From the NCBI RefSeq assembly GCF_009914755.1, contig NC_060927.1: a stretch of DNA of 64,000 nucleotides. One strand, written 5' to 3'. A program made the position numbers and the translations under genes. Under the pieces are notes generated by a model. The model was not told the DNA's origin, searched no databases, and worked only from the letters and a program-made list of their open reading frames with translations. This document shows, piece by piece, positions 1 to 16,090 of this stretch. This DNA is from the human T2T-CHM13v2.0 reference genome, Homo sapiens. Every line of letters begins with the position of its first letter. Position 1 is the stretch's first letter.

Positions 1-108
1 TAAGCATAGGTTAATAAATACAGGGCTTACCATGTTAATATCTTCTTTCTATGGATGCGTAACAACTTATTTTATCATTCCGTTTGTGACTGAAATTGAA
101 TTTCTTTC

Positions 109-536
109 TGTAAACCTGAAAATATCTGAGACAAGCCTCGATCAACTTAGAAGTTTACTTTGCCAAGATTAAGGACACGTCTTGGGAGACAGGTCTGTGC
201 CTTTCTCCAAAGATGATTTCGAGGGCTTCAGTATTTAAAGGAAAAAGCCAGCTGGAGGGGACAGAGGGAGGGTATGGTCACATTACTGAATCCAAATGTT
301 GCAAAAGAAAAGGAGCATGTAGGGGAATGGTCAGTTATGTGTTCGTCCCATGCTCAGTAACTCGACTCTTCACACAAGATAAGGTGAATGCAGAGTGGAG
401 ATCTTTAACCTTTTATCTGTCTCTATCTGCTTAGGAACAAAGGGAAAGGCAGCTTCTTGCATGACTCCACTTTCAGCATTTTTTTTTTCTTTTGGCGGAG
501 GGAATAGGGGTCCCAAGTTTTTATTTTCCTTTCACA
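109..536 (-). mobile_element. ERV1 solo LTR, MER4 group
   Basis: TG...CA ends; 4-bp TSD tttc at 105-108 and 537-540; minus strand begins tgtgaaaggaaaataaaaacttgggacccc. Confidence 0.8.
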
Positions 537-817
537 TTTCTATTTTGCTTTTCTATGATCTGCTGCTGTAAGCTTCCCTATAGCACATTCCCAGGCTAGA
601 ATCTCATAGTGGGGACTGCCAGCTCACAGGGAAAGCACAGGGATGCTTGGATGCAGACAGGCAAGCCCAGCTCCAGGGCTGCACCTGTGGACCCCACCCC
701 AGCCCAGCCCAGCCCCTGGAAGAGGGGGTCTGTCTGTCCCTGATTGGCCCACCAGCACCCTGTGGTTCTTTCAAAGTTATTTCTGACCTATACTACTGTT
801 TGCCCTATTAGGGTGCC

Positions 818-888
818 CCTTCCTTCCTTCCTTTCTTCCTTCCTACCTTCCTTCCTTCCTTCCTTCCTTCCTTCCTTCCTTCCTTCCT
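818..888. repeat. (CTTC)n microsatellite
   Basis: Direct reading. Confidence 0.95.
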
Positions 889-2789
889 CTGTCTCACAAG
901 AATTCCTTTTACAGTTTGTCATTTGCCATTGTATGTGGCTAAATCTGTCAAACTTCAGCACTGTTTTCTAGCATTGTTGCCAGGCTTAGCCTCCATTCCA
1001 AGATTACAGAAGCATCCACCTGAATTTTCTCCTAGAACTCTCACAGCTGCAGTACGTTCTGCTTTGGAGAAGGAATGGCCCAATTCCCTTCTGAATCTGG
1101 AAGAAAACAGAACTGGGTCACTTTACATATTATTTGGCCATTTTAAATTATATACCACTTTTACATTTAATGTAGCCATTTGACGGAGTTACTTCAAAAT
1201 TTTCATATAAGCCTTGTCAAAAGGTCTCATTCTGTACTTTTACCATTTTTTTGAATCTTTTTTATCTTTATCCACTTTCATCTTGTTACAGGCCACTGCC
1301 TTCAGAGAAGGTGACAGAGGGCCATGTCTGAAACATTCTCCCACAACCAGGAACCCTCAGCAGCCGCTGAAGAGGAAAGGCAGTTAAATGGAAAGACTTC
1401 TGAGCAAGTGGAGGAAAAGTCACGTGTGACCTAGGGAGGGGCTCCCACAGGAAGGGGCAATGCCCTTGCCCTGTTCACCTAGCCTCCAGGTGGCTCCCCA
1501 CTTGAAATTTCAGAGGATGGCAGAAACCTACTTACAAGGAAATGAAAGAGGGCACAGCAACCTTAAGACCAGAGCAGCCCACGATATTTTTTAATGAGGG
1601 CAAAAATAGAAGACTTGCAAAAGACCCCTGAAAATAATGCCTGGAAGCTGCGAAACATCAGACTGACACCGCACAAAAGAGGTCCAGCTGAGCAGGAGAA
1701 AAGCTTGAGAAGCATCCAGAACAATGTAGGTGGAGAGGCTAAGAAGAAAGAGGAGCCCACATGGAATGAATAACCAAGGTCGGGACAGAGGAAGGTTCGC
1801 CAGAACTGGGAGGGCTGAAATTGGACATTGAGATAAATTAAAGAGTGTTCTTTAAAACTGTCAAGACTTTGGCTGGTCAATAAGTAAACTGCAAACGAGT
1901 GTTCCTAAACCACAGCAGCAATGCTCCCTGGAGGAGGGAAGGAGGCCGGGGCTGCCACTCTCCCAGGTGGCTGCGTCCCGGCCTTTGCCATTGATGTGTG
2001 CTTTCTCCAGGCTCACAGATGTCCCTGGGCCGGTTGCATCTGTGACCAGGACTCTGCCACCTGCCTGTGGCTTGCTGATCAGCTGGTCACCCAGGAATGT
2101 TAGGGATGAACAGAGACCTAGAACTCAGGCTCCATGGATCTGGCAGCACCAGGAGACGAGGTTTCAAATCTCATGGCTGGGCCAGCCAGCCAGGTGCCCT
2201 GGAACTGTTGTGATCCCTGCTCCTTGCCGGGCTTAGCCTCCTCTTACTTCAGCCCAGAAGTCCCCGAGTACCCACTCAACAAATGCCATCCCTTTAATTT
2301 CTGTGGCCTGCTGCCATCACGGCTCGCCTAATTCATTCCCTCCACACCCTAAGTGTCCACGGAAGTGGCTGAAACAGTAAAACCACAGAGGAGCATTCAT
2401 TCCAGTCCCCAAGGCAAGCCCCCTCCTTTGCACCCTGCTGTTTGGTTGATTTCTTCTTTCTCCACTTCCCAGGATGTGGAGCAGATTCCCTGTGGCATGA
2501 TTACCTGAGGCCAGGTACAGACTGGCTCCAGGGAAGCACAGGGCTGGGGTCCCAGTTCCCACACCGGGCCATTCATTAACAGGTGGGAAGAGTTCCACCA
2601 CTTCTGAGGAATTAGCAGGCTCCAGGTGACCCTATGTCACCCCAAGTGACTCTCCATTCCCCACAGACTCAGCCACAGGGCCAACAGTTTCTATTGCTAT
2701 CTTTCCCTCCAGAAAACCCCTGGGCCATCTCGCCTGCCCAGCTCCTGCTGCTCCCCACGGGAGGGCTACAGTTAAAGAAGGGAAAGTGG

Positions 2790-3800
<1,011 letters not shown>

Positions 3801-5201
3801 GCTGTGGAGAACCCAGACATGTCTGTAGGGGTGAAGCATTTCTGGCCTGTGTAAGCACACACCTGGTGGCCACAGGGCCTGGGCTGTCTGAGAGAGGTCT
3901 GGTTTGAGATGTGTCAATGTCGGACTCTAAATGCCTCTCACCCCAGGGCTCAGGTAGCCCCTTCCATGCCTGTCCAGAAGACCCTGCAGAAAGTGCTCAT
4001 GGTGGTGCCATCTCACCTGCAGTATTTGTTCCTAAATCAGCACAAGTCGGATCCTAGCAAGGGCCATGGAATATGCTTAGAGGGTGACACATACACTGCC
4101 ACTGCCTGTTTCTATTCATGAACTCACTTTCGAAAGTGTCCCATTCTGAGATAATTTTAGACTTATAGAAGAATTGCGAAAGCAGCCTCCCCACCCCCAG
4201 CCTCTTCTCATGCCGGCATTCCATGAATCAGAGTGCGATTATGAGAGCTGAGACTCACCTCGCCGTGGTCTCGAGAGCTGGACGGCAGGCAGGCCCCTCC
4301 CAGTGCCCTCCTCTGTTCCCAGCTCCCACGTGCATTTGGCTGTCACCTCTCTCTGTCTCCTTTCTGTGTCAGGGCCGGCTTTTTAAGAGGATGGGTCTGT
4401 CGCTCTTGGACAGTCTCTCCGCCTAGGTCTGCCTGACGCCTTCTCTGCATTGGACTGAGGTAATGCCTTTTTGGAAATTCCGTGGCAATGCCACAGAAGT
4501 GATGTGCATTTTCGGTGGGCCAGATCAGTGGGTGTGGGCTGTTAGTGTGCCTTGTGCCTGGTCATGCCAACTTTGATCTCTTGGTTAGGGTGGTGCCTGC
4601 CAGGGTTCTCCCCCATCAACTCACTGTTTTTCCTTTGTAACCATTAAATATTCAAAGAGATGCTTTAAGGCTACACAGAGACACTGTTTGTGCTTAGATC
4701 TCTGTCTGCTAATTTTACTATCCTCTGGTGATGTTGCCTCAGCCGTGCTCCCTGCAGTCCTCTGGTGCTCATCGTCTTCGTCTCTCATTCGTTCCACATT
4801 TATTAATTGCGATTCATCTGTAAGAAAGCAGTTAACTCACTTTTAAACGTCAATAATTAAGCCATACAACAGTTGATAGCCTGTGGGGCAGGAGGAAGAG
4901 CAAGGCCTTCAGTCAGTCCAAAGGGTGGCTCGAGTAATTTTTTAACTGAGCACTTTTCTCTGCTTGCAGGCTGACCCTTGGTTGCATTTGGCCTCTCTAA
5001 CTTTGCCCCATCTCTGCTGCTGAGGTCAGCAGCTCAAGAACGAGCCTTGCACAGGCTTTGGGGCCCTCTCCAGAGAAAATCGGGTTCCTTCTTTCCCTTC
5101 CAAGCATCTCTGCTCCCTTTGCCCTGCCGCTAGGAAGAAACCTCCCTGTCAGAGCCTCTCTACTTCTAAAGCCAAGTCTTTTGCCAGTGGCCCTGCCCCT
5201 C

Positions 5202-5202
<1 letters not shown>

Positions 5203-5253
<51 letters not shown>

Positions 5254-5530
5254 TACGTACACATACACACATGTGCATGTCCATGCATGCATAGATACAC
5301 ACAAACATGTATATATGTGCATATATACATACGTCTATGGATTCATATATACACATAATACACACATACACATGTGCACATATACATGCACATGCATGCA
5401 CTTATACGCACATGCATATAGATACACATAGATGCACATGAGCATGCACACACATATGTACACACATGCATATACATACATATACACATACATATATGCT
5501 CATAAAGAACTACATACATATATAAATATA
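5203..5530. repeat. (CA)n microsatellite followed by (CATA/TACA)n low-complexity tract
   Basis: Direct reading. Confidence 0.93.
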
Positions 5531-5978
5531 TATTCCAATAACAGCTGTCAGATCATTGTTTTTAAAAAGCAAACAATCACAGAAGACACAAACAGCTTAG
5601 GCTCTTCTACAGCCTACTGGTCCTTACAACAACTTTAAGAGCAGATACAGTTACTATCCACTTTGGAAGATGAAGAACCTCCAGCTTCCTTGGCCCAAGC
5701 CTACACTTCTAGTGAGGGCAACGCTGGGAACTACATCCAGGCCTTTGCTCGAAGCCTGTCTCTGTACCCCCGTCACCATATGCTGCTCTAAGATTAGTTT
5801 CCCCGTTGGTTTGGTCAAAAGGCCCAAACCAACTCAGGATACAAAGTATGGCACTGAGGATACAAAGGCATCCACATTCGTATCCCGAGTGCCATGGCCA
5901 GATCAGTGCCTCCTCCCCTCCCCTGGCACCCTCCCCTCCACCCAGAGATGTGATCAGCTTCACATGGCTACCAACAAG

Positions 5979-6469
5979 TGAGACTGTCTGTCCCTTGACA
6001 AAGATTATATGCTTGGCCAAACTTTAGTCAGGCTTCTGAACCTTCCCCTTGACCCATCTGTGCACTTCCTTGCAAAATCCAGATTTAGCAAGAACAAAGC
6101 TAAGTCAGTTTGGCAAGAACTCCCTGTCCTTCATGTCTGATCAGATTCTTCACCCACCACCATCCCCCAGGTGATGTTGGTTATGCTGACCTGTCTTCAG
6201 CAAGAACACTGTTAGGTTGGATTAGCCAGGGACCCCCTAAACCCTGATGCTTCTTCTTAGTCATTTCCCATCCACTGACCCTAGTCTGGCTCCTGGTTGT
6301 AAATTCCGACTTGTCTGTGGTATATTCATGGTTGATGCTGATCTCTCTTCCCCACTGCACAGTCCCATTGCTGTTGTCCCTGTACGTATCACAATGGTCC
6401 TGAATAAAGCCTACCTTGCCATGCTTTAACAAGGTATTATTTAAATATTGCATAATATTTTCTTTAACA
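5979..6469 (+). mobile_element. ERV1 solo LTR, MER31-like
   Basis: ttggccaaactttagtcaggct near the start; AATAAA near 6403; ends ttttctttaaca. Confidence 0.65.
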
Positions 6470-6576
6470 TCCCACAGTGTCACTAATGCTGGGTGTTACT
6501 CATTGTTCATGTTTCTCAGCCTCAGGGGGGCTTGAAAAATCTTACTGTTATTTTTAATGTGTGCTAAATTTATATT

Positions 6577-6851
6577 TGGAGTCTCGCTCTATCGCCCAGG
6601 TGGAGTACAGTGGCGTGATCTCTGCTCACTACAAGCTCCACCTCCCAGGTTCACGCCATTCTCCTGCCTCAGCCTCCTGAGTAGCTGGGACTACAGGCGC
6701 CCACCACCATGCCCGGCTAATTTTTTGTATTTTTAATACAGACGGGGTTTCACCATGTTAGCCAGGATGGTCTTTATCTCCTGACCTCGTGATCCACCCG
6801 CCTTGGCCTCCCAAAGTGCTGGAATTACAGGCGTGAGCCACCACGCCAGAC
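6577..6851 (-). mobile_element. AluY
   Basis: caagctcc, ttcacgccattctcc, agccaggatgg and gacctcgtgatcc diagnostics. Confidence 0.88.
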
Positions 6852-7280
6852 TGCAACATACATTCTTAATCTGCCAAGTTATATTTCTTAGCAATTTAGA
6901 TGCCTTGTCTTTTCAAGAGAGGCCTGCAGCCTAGGGATTAGCACCTAGCATGTCTAGGGCTATGGCCTGAATCTGCAAGTCCAGCCGAGTGAATGTGGGA
7001 GTTTGGTTACATTCCCTAAGCTTCTGATTCCTTACCTCCAAAGTGTAGAAAACACAGTAACTACTTCAAAAGTTTGTTCTGAAGGGAATACAAATTAATT
7101 CATTAAGGCAGCTTCCATTCTCAAATAGGAAAAGTTGGCAGTTGTTATTGCTCATTATTTTGAGGGGATGTTCATCTCCTTTCTTCTTAGTTTGTAAGAA
7201 TTATGTATATACTTTAGGGTATTAACTTTGTGATACAAACATTTTTATTTTCTAGTTGATCATTTCTTTAGTAACTTTCT

Positions 7281-7414
7281 TTTTTTCGTTTGTTTTGTTT
7301 TTTAGATGCAGGGTCTTGTTATGTTGCCCAAGCTGGACTTGAACTCTGGGCTGAAGCAATCCTCCCACCTCAGCCTCCCAAGTAGCTAGGACAACAGGCA
7401 TGTGCCACTGCGCC
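7281..7414 (-). mobile_element. FLAM (Alu left monomer)
   Basis: Single ~130-bp Alu arm with T-rich tail; TSD ttagtaactttct at 7268-7280 and 7415-7427. Confidence 0.82.
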
Positions 7415-7804
7415 TTAGTAACTTTCTGTGTGGTGATTAATTCTAAACTTAATTTTTAAAATTTTGTTAGTTAAACCTTGAAATGTCTTCTTTTATAGTT
7501 TCTAGCTACAGTGTTATACTTGCCCTGTTTTATATTTGCTTAAAGAGTCACCTGTTTTTTTTTCTAGCACCATATTTTAACAGCCTTATTCATCTTTATG
7601 CTTAAGTAATGAATCTGGAACTTATTTTGATGTAAGATATCATGTAATGTATCTAACTTTTACTCCAAATGATAAGCCTGTTGACCTAACACTACTTTTT
7701 AATTAATTTATTATTGCCCCACTATTGTAAAATATTGCTTTCTATCATATACTAAATTTCATATAAATTTGAATCCATTTATGGTTTCACAATCCAGTAT
7801 ATTC

Positions 7805-8766
7805 TTTTTTTATTTCAGTCATTTTTGGGGAACAGGTGGTTTTTGGTTGCATGGATAAGTTCTTTAGTGGTGATTTCTGAGATTTTGGTGAACCCATCAC
7901 CCAAACAGTGTGCACTGTACCCAGTATGTAGTCTTTTTTTCCTCACCCACCTCTCCCCACACGTCCCCAAAGTCCATCGTATTATTCTTATGCCTTCGCA
8001 TCCTCATAGCTTAGCTCCCCCTTATAAGTGAGAACATATGATATTTGGTTTTCTTTTTCTGAGTTACTTAACTTATTCATTATTCATGGCCTCCAGCTCC
8101 ATTTAAGTTGCTGCAAAGGCCATTATTTCATTCTGTCTTATGGCTGAATGGTATTCCATGTTTATATACCACATTTTCTTTATCCACTCATTGGTTGATG
8201 GGCATTTAGGTTGGTTCCATATTTTTGCAATTCTGAATTGTACTGCTATAAACATGCGTGTGCAAGTGTCTTTTTCATATAATGGCTTCTTTTCCTCTGG
8301 GTAGGTACCCAGTAGCAGGATTGCTGGATCAAATTGTAGTTCTACTTTTAGTTCTTTAAGGAATCTCCATACTGTTTTCCATAGTGGTTGTACTAGTTTA
8401 CATTCCTACCAGCAGTGTAGAAATGCTCCCTTTTCACCACATCAATGCCAACATCTATTATTTTTTTATTTTTTAATTATGGTCATTTTTGCAGGAGTAA
8501 GGTGGTATCTCATTACGGTTTTGATTTGCATTTTCCTGATAATTAGTGTTGTTCAGCATTTTTTCATATGTTTGTTGGTTGTTTGTATATCTTCTTTTGC
8601 AAATTTTCTATTCATGTCCTTAGCCCACTTCTTGATGGGATTATTAGGTTTTTTTTTTTTTCTGATTTGTTTGATTTCCTTGCAGATTCTGGATATTAGT
8701 CCTTTGTTGGATGTATAGACTGTAGAGATTTTCTCCCACTTTGCGGGTTGTCTGTTTACTCTGCTG

Positions 8767-8797
<31 letters not shown>

Positions 8798-9762
8798 GCA
8801 GCTGTGCAGAAGCTTTTTAGCTCCATTATATCTCATTTATTTATTTTGTCCTTGTTGCATTTGCTTTTGTGTTTTTAGTCATAAATTCTTTGCCTAAGCC
8901 AATGTCTACAAGAGTTTTTCTGATGTCATCTTCTAGAATCTTTATGGTTTCGGTTCTTAGATTTAAGGCTTTGATCCATCTTGACTTGATTTTTGTATAA
9001 GGTGAGATATGAGGATCCAGTTTCATTCTACATGTGGCTTGCCAATTGTCCCAGCACCATTTGTTGAACAGGGTGTCCTTTCCTCACTTTATGTTTTTGT
9101 ATGCATTGTTGAAGATCAGTTGGCTGTAAATATTTGGCTTTATTTCTGGGTTCTCTATTCTGTTCCATTGGTCTATATGCCTATTTTTATACCAGTACCA
9201 TGCTGTTTTGGTAACTACAGCCTTGTGATATAGTTTGAAGTCAGGTAATGTGATGCCTCCAGATTTGTTCTTTCTGCTTAGTATTGCTTCAGCTATGCAG
9301 GCTCTTTTTTGGTTCTATATAAATTTTAGGATTGTTTTTTCTACTTCTGTGAGGAATTATGATGGTATTTTGATGGGAATTGCATTAAATCTGTAGATTG
9401 CTTTTGGCATTATAGTCATTTTCACAATATTGATTCTACCCATCCATGACCATGGGATGTATTTCTATTTCTTTGTGTCATCTATGATTTCTTTCATCAG
9501 TGTTTTGTAGTTTTCCTTGTAGAGATCTTTCACTTCCTTGGTTAAGTATATTCCTAAGTATGTATGTATGTATGTATGTATGTATGTATGTATGTATGTA
9601 TTTGTTTATTTATTTATTTTGCAGCTGTTGTAAAAGGAATTGAGTTCTTGATTTGATTCTCAGCTTGGCTGTTGTTGGCGTATAGCAGTGCTACTGATTT
9701 ATGTACATTGATTTTGTATCCTGAAAGTTTACTGAATTCATTTATCGTATCTAGGAGCTTTT
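7805..9762 (-). mobile_element. 5'-truncated L1PB-type LINE-1 containing (ATT)n (~8767-8797) and (TATG)n (~9559-9601)
   Basis: L1PB 3' end (tttttggggaacaggtggtttttggttgcatggataag) and degenerate ORF2 peptides ([18 protein letters not shown]). Confidence 0.88.
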
Positions 9763-10330
<568 letters not shown>

Positions 10331-11798
10331 CAACCCAGGCAAACTCATATGGGGTGTACGTGCCCCCACGTGTGGTGACATACCGGTAGCATGGGCCTCA
10401 GAAGCTGGCTGTCATGAGGGGAGGCTCCAGGAGCTCCACAGGGGGGTGAATCATCCTGCTGTGTATCAGCAACGGGGGCTCTGGGGACCCGGGGACTTCA
10501 GGCTACAATGAGTCAGGTTGTCCCCACCCTGGCCAGGGGACATTAGAGCAGGGTGGTACCAGTTTCAGGAGTAATTGCTGTGGTGGGCAGGAACGAGGCC
10601 ATCCGACCCCTGAGCGGCTTCCTTTCCTGGCCTCTGCCCTCCCTTCCCTTGCTGTGGCGTCCTGTGCCTATAACAACTGGACCCCACCACCTCACAGCTC
10701 AGGCTGGCCCTCGCAGGCACTTCCATCTGCCCTGTGCAGCGCGTCCTCCCAGCGGAGACAGGTCAGTCCTTGCCTGGGGACTACCGGGTGCCCCCAAGGC
10801 AGGCCCAGAGCGTCGGGGGTCTTCCTCCACTGCACGGTAGGTGTGGGCAGTGACAACTGGACAGGCATCCTCCCATGGCTCCCCATCTCCCCTGTGACCC
10901 CTTGCTCACAATGTGCGGCTTTCCGGCTTCCCCTTTCCCCGTCCCCATGCTCTGTGGGCTCATCACTTGCAGTCCTCCTGCAACCAGAGCCCCAGGTTCT
11001 GAGCTCTGTGCTGCCCTCACCCCTGTGAAAGACCCACCTGGCTGAATGGCTGCAGCGACTTCCTCCACAGACCCTGAGCAGCGGCAGTGTGGAGGCTAGA
11101 CCCAGCCTGCTGACCGGGGCAGGATCAATAGATGAATTAGTGGGGCCAGTGGGTCTTTGCTCTTCCAGAATTCCGAGCAGATACAAGTGCACCTGGTAGA
11201 GGAAGCACAAGGAACCATCCTCCATCCTTAATGCACGGAGGGTCCGCTGAACGTCAGGCCAGGGCAAGACTTGAGGGCAGGGAAGTGATCCAGGCCACAC
11301 ATCACTGGGTGCGAAAGGAGGACAAAGAGAGGGTCCAGGTGAAGGGGTGAAGGTCGCACACACAAACCTCACAAAGCCTCACGTTATGGACTGGGCTTTG
11401 CTGGAACATGGGAAGTTTCACTTCGCCTGCTGTGCCCCGGTTTCCGCATCTGTTTCTTCTGTGGCTAAATCAGTGAATGCTCTGGACCTCTGCTCTCCAC
11501 ACTCCAGAACTTTTCTTCCTGCCCCATCAAAATGTACCCATGCAGGGTTTCAGTCCTCAGGGCTTTCTGTGTAGCCGCCAGGGCCCATGAGCACAAGGTT
11601 TTGACACTGAGAGCAAAGAGAACATCACGTGTTTCGCTTTCTCGCTAACAAGGAGTGAAGTCCAGGAATTCCAGACCTTGTTTTGCTAATTGTAGAGGCT
11701 CTCCAGATTGGACGGCTTCCCAGCTGCCCTCAAATCAGTTCTGCTCTTCTGGCTGGCAGACCTAGGAGAGAGCAGAGAGGCAGACATTGAAGAAATAA

Positions 11799-12282
<484 letters not shown>

Positions 12283-12284
12283 TA

Positions 12285-15140
12285 AAAGTAATTTGCTTTT
12301 TTTTTCCCCTAGTTTCTTAAGGTGAAAACTAAGGACATTGATTTGAGATCATTCCTCTTTTCCAATACAAGCATCAGTGCTATAAATTTTCTCTAAGTAC
12401 TGCTTTAATAACATCTGCAAGTATTAATATGTCACATTTTGATTTTATTCAGTTCAAAAACCTTTACAATTTTAAAAAATATCTTCCTTTGCCCATGGGT
12501 TATTTAAAAGTGTGCTACTTACTTCTCAAATACTTGGGGGATTTCCAGGTTATCTTTTAGTTATTGATTTCTAATTTAATTCTGTTATAATATGAAAATA
12601 GACTTTATGTGACCTTGGATCCTTTAATATTTATTGGGACTGTTTTATGGCCCAGAATGTAGTCAGTCTTGGTAAATGTTCTTCATGCACTACAAAAGAA
12701 TATGTATCTACTGTTATTGAATTGAGTGTTCTATAAATGTCCATTAGGGCAAGTTTGTTCATAGTGTTATTTAAGGCTTCTATATTGTGGCTGATTTTCG
12801 TTTATTTCTTTTATCAGTTATCAATTATTGAGGTCAGAGTATTTAAATATTGGATTATGATTGTGGATTTATCTATTTGTCCTTGAAGTTCTATCACTTA
12901 CTGGCTAGTGTATTTTGAGGTTCTGTTATTAGGTGCACAAATGTTTTAGATTGTTATTTTTCTTGATGAGTTGGCTCCATTAATAATGGTAATATGAAAT
13001 TACCTTTTTTATTTCTGGTAATATTCTTTGCTCTGAAATTTACTTTGTCTGATATTGATATATAATAGCTACTACATATTTCTTTTGATGTGTGTTAGCA
13101 TGGTATATCTTTTCTCATCCTCCTACTTCTTACTTATTTGTGACTTTATTTTTGAAATAGATTTCTTATAGTAGCATACACTTGAGTCTTGCTTTCTTAT
13201 CCAATCTGGAAATTTCTGTCTTTTATCTGGAGTGTCATGACCATTTGCATTGAATGTATTTATTGATATAGCTAGGTTTAAATCTGCCATCTTGCTACTT
13301 GTTCTCTATTTGTCCTGTCTATTTATTTTTGTTTAATTGAGCATTTTTTTATTATTTCACTTTATCTCTTTTGTTGGCTTATATCTATAACTGTTATTTT
13401 AATGGTTGCTTTAGAATTTTTAGTAAACATCATTTATCACAGGTCACCTTCAAGTGATATTATGCCCCTTTATTTACATTAGCCTTTACATTAGCCAAAA
13501 TACCTTGTTATTACTTTTGGTCCATCAATTAGCTTTTGGAAAGATTCAGATAATAAGAAAGAAGTATTAACATTTCCCACATAGTTACCATTTTCAGGGC
13601 TCTTCATCCTTTTGTATAAACTCATATTTTCATCTAGTATAATTTTCCTTCTGCCTGAAGGACTTCTGGTAGCATTTTTTTGGAGTGGTTCTGTTGGTAA
13701 TTCTTTCAGCTATTGTTGAAAGTTTCTTTACTTCGCCTTTGTTTTTTGCTGAGTATAGAATTCTAGGTTAACAATCCTCCCCCATCCTCCACTCCTTCAG
13801 CATTTAGATGATATTCCACTGTTTTCTCATTTGTATTGTTTCTAACAAGAAATATGCTGTTATCCTTATCTTTGTCCCTCTGTATGTAATATGCCTTTTT
13901 CTATGGCTCATTTTAAGGTTTTTTTGAATTACTGGTTTTAAGCAATTTGATCATGATGTATCTTGGTGTCTTTTTCTTTATGTTTCTTGTGCTTAGGGTT
14001 TGTTGATATTCTTGCATCTGTAGATTAATTGTTTATATCATAGTTTGTCATTTTTTGGCCCTTGTTTCTTTATATATCTTTTTTTTTTAACTAAACTCTC
14101 TCTTGTTTGGGAATCCTAATTAAACATTTATTAGGTTTCTTGAAGTTTCCTCTGATGTACTGTTTATTTATTTTATATTTTTTATCTCTGTGTATCACCT
14201 TATATTATTTCTTTTGCTGTATCTTCAATTTCATTCATCTCTTTTTCTGCAACGTGTAATTTGCCATTAATTTCTCATCTCAGACATTGTAGTTTTTATC
14301 TGCAGAAGTTTGATTTAGGTCTCTACTTGAGCTTTTATACATATAGAATGCAACTATAAATGTTTTAATGCCTTTGTCTGATAATTCTAACATCTGTGTC
14401 AGTTCTGATTTGCTTTTGATTGTTTGATTTTTCTTTAGTAATGGTCATATTTTTCTGTTTCTTTGTATGCCTGAAGATATTTTATTGGGTACCAGACATT
14501 GTGAATTTTACTATGTTTGTGCTGGCTTTGTATTTCTATAAATATTCTTAAATTTTGTTCTGGTACTCAAGTTATTGGGAAGCAGTTTGATCATTTCAAG
14601 TATCATCTTTCGGATTTGTTATCGATGCAAGACCATTGGTAGATAAATGCTGCTCTAATAAATCTGAAAGACAATACCTGAGTATGGTATCTAATGCTGT
14701 GTGAATTAAGAGGTTTCCTAGACTGGCTGGTGGAAACAGGCACTCTATGGACCTATATGAGCTGTATCAGCCCCAGGCATTGTTCCCTCTAATCTTTTCT
14801 AATGGTTCTTCTCCTAACCTCAGTTCGTTCCCTCACATACAAGCACTGACATGTTTACAGCTGATTACTTGAGGGAAACTCTCTGAAGATCTTCAGGGTT
14901 CTCTTCTTGTGTTTCTCTGGGTTTCTCCTCCCAGCACCTCCGCCTGGAAATGCTCTCGAGGCAATAAGTTGGCTTTCCCTCATTCGATTTCATCATTCAG
15001 GAATCACTGTCCTTCACAGCTTGACATCTAAAGTTTTGAATGTAATTGTTTCTTGTATTTTGCCCAGGTTTGTTATTGCTTCATGCAGGAAGAATAATTA
15101 AGTCTCCACTTTCCCATGTTGGTTGGAAATGGAAATCTGA
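12285..15140 (-). mobile_element. Ancient L1M (L1MC/ME-type) fragments
   Basis: Long T-rich stretch with antisense L1M motifs (ggtaaatgttcttcatgcac...aagaatatgtat, aatttactttgtctgatattga); no open frames. Confidence 0.7.
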
Positions 15141-15169
15141 GAAATGCTTTTGAAATTCACTGAGTATGA

Positions 15170-16090
15170 GCTAGGAAAGCTATTGGCTGCAAGTAACAGA
15201 CAATGTGACTAACTATATGTAAACCTTTTAATGTTTACTCATGCAACAGTCACCACTAGTCATTCCTTAACATATCAAATGTTAGTTGGGCACATGGATG
15301 TCCAAGTAGAGTCTACCTTTCTCAGTCCCGCAAGTAGTAAATGTGGTCAAGTGACTAAGTACTGGTAGATGGAAGTGGTGCCTGCAACTTCCAGAGTGTG
15401 TTACAGAGAGAAGTCCTGCTTATCAACTCTCCTTTTCTCCATCTTGGTGGCTGGAGCCACGTGTGATGGCTGGGGCTTGAGCAACATCTTAGGCCACACG
15501 ATGAAAGCTACATATTGAATCTGGTCCCTGAAATTTGTGGAGCCATGTTTTCATCTATGGCCTGGATTTCTATAAGAAATAAACTTATATTTTCTTTAAC
15601 ATCATCAGTTTAGGCTTTCTGTCACTCATGTCTGAACTTATTCTAACAAATAAACAAGAATCACAGAGGCAGATGAGTCTCCCAGTTGGCCCATTATGTA
15701 AGGGTGCTGTGAAGAACTCAGCTCCTTTCATGATTACGTTCTGACTTCCTTAGCCTGTTGACATTTTGCTCTCATGCTTGACAACTCAGGGTTTCAAATG
15801 GCTGCCACAAATCCAGCATCACATCCATGTTCAAAGGAAAATAGGAGGAAAAGAGTAGCCCTCTCCATTCTCATCTGGTGTCTGTCTCTTTTATCAAGGT
15901 AAAACAAAACAAAATGAAACAAATGCCTTCCCAGAAGTCCCTTTCACATTTCATTACTCAGAGCTGGGCTATCTGAGTAATGCAAGGGAGACTGGGAAAG
16001 GAATGAGCTGCTTTTCTAGCCTCTGGTGTGGGAGGAAGGCAAGAGTGGAAGTTTTTGGAAGTAGCTGCTGGGTTGGGCAGCCAACATCTG
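15170..16090. mobile_element. Old MaLR/ERVL LTR fragments (MLT1-like with a nested LTR16-like piece)
   Basis: ggctgcaagtaacaga, aaatggctgccaca and gtggtcaagtgactaagt motifs. Confidence 0.5.
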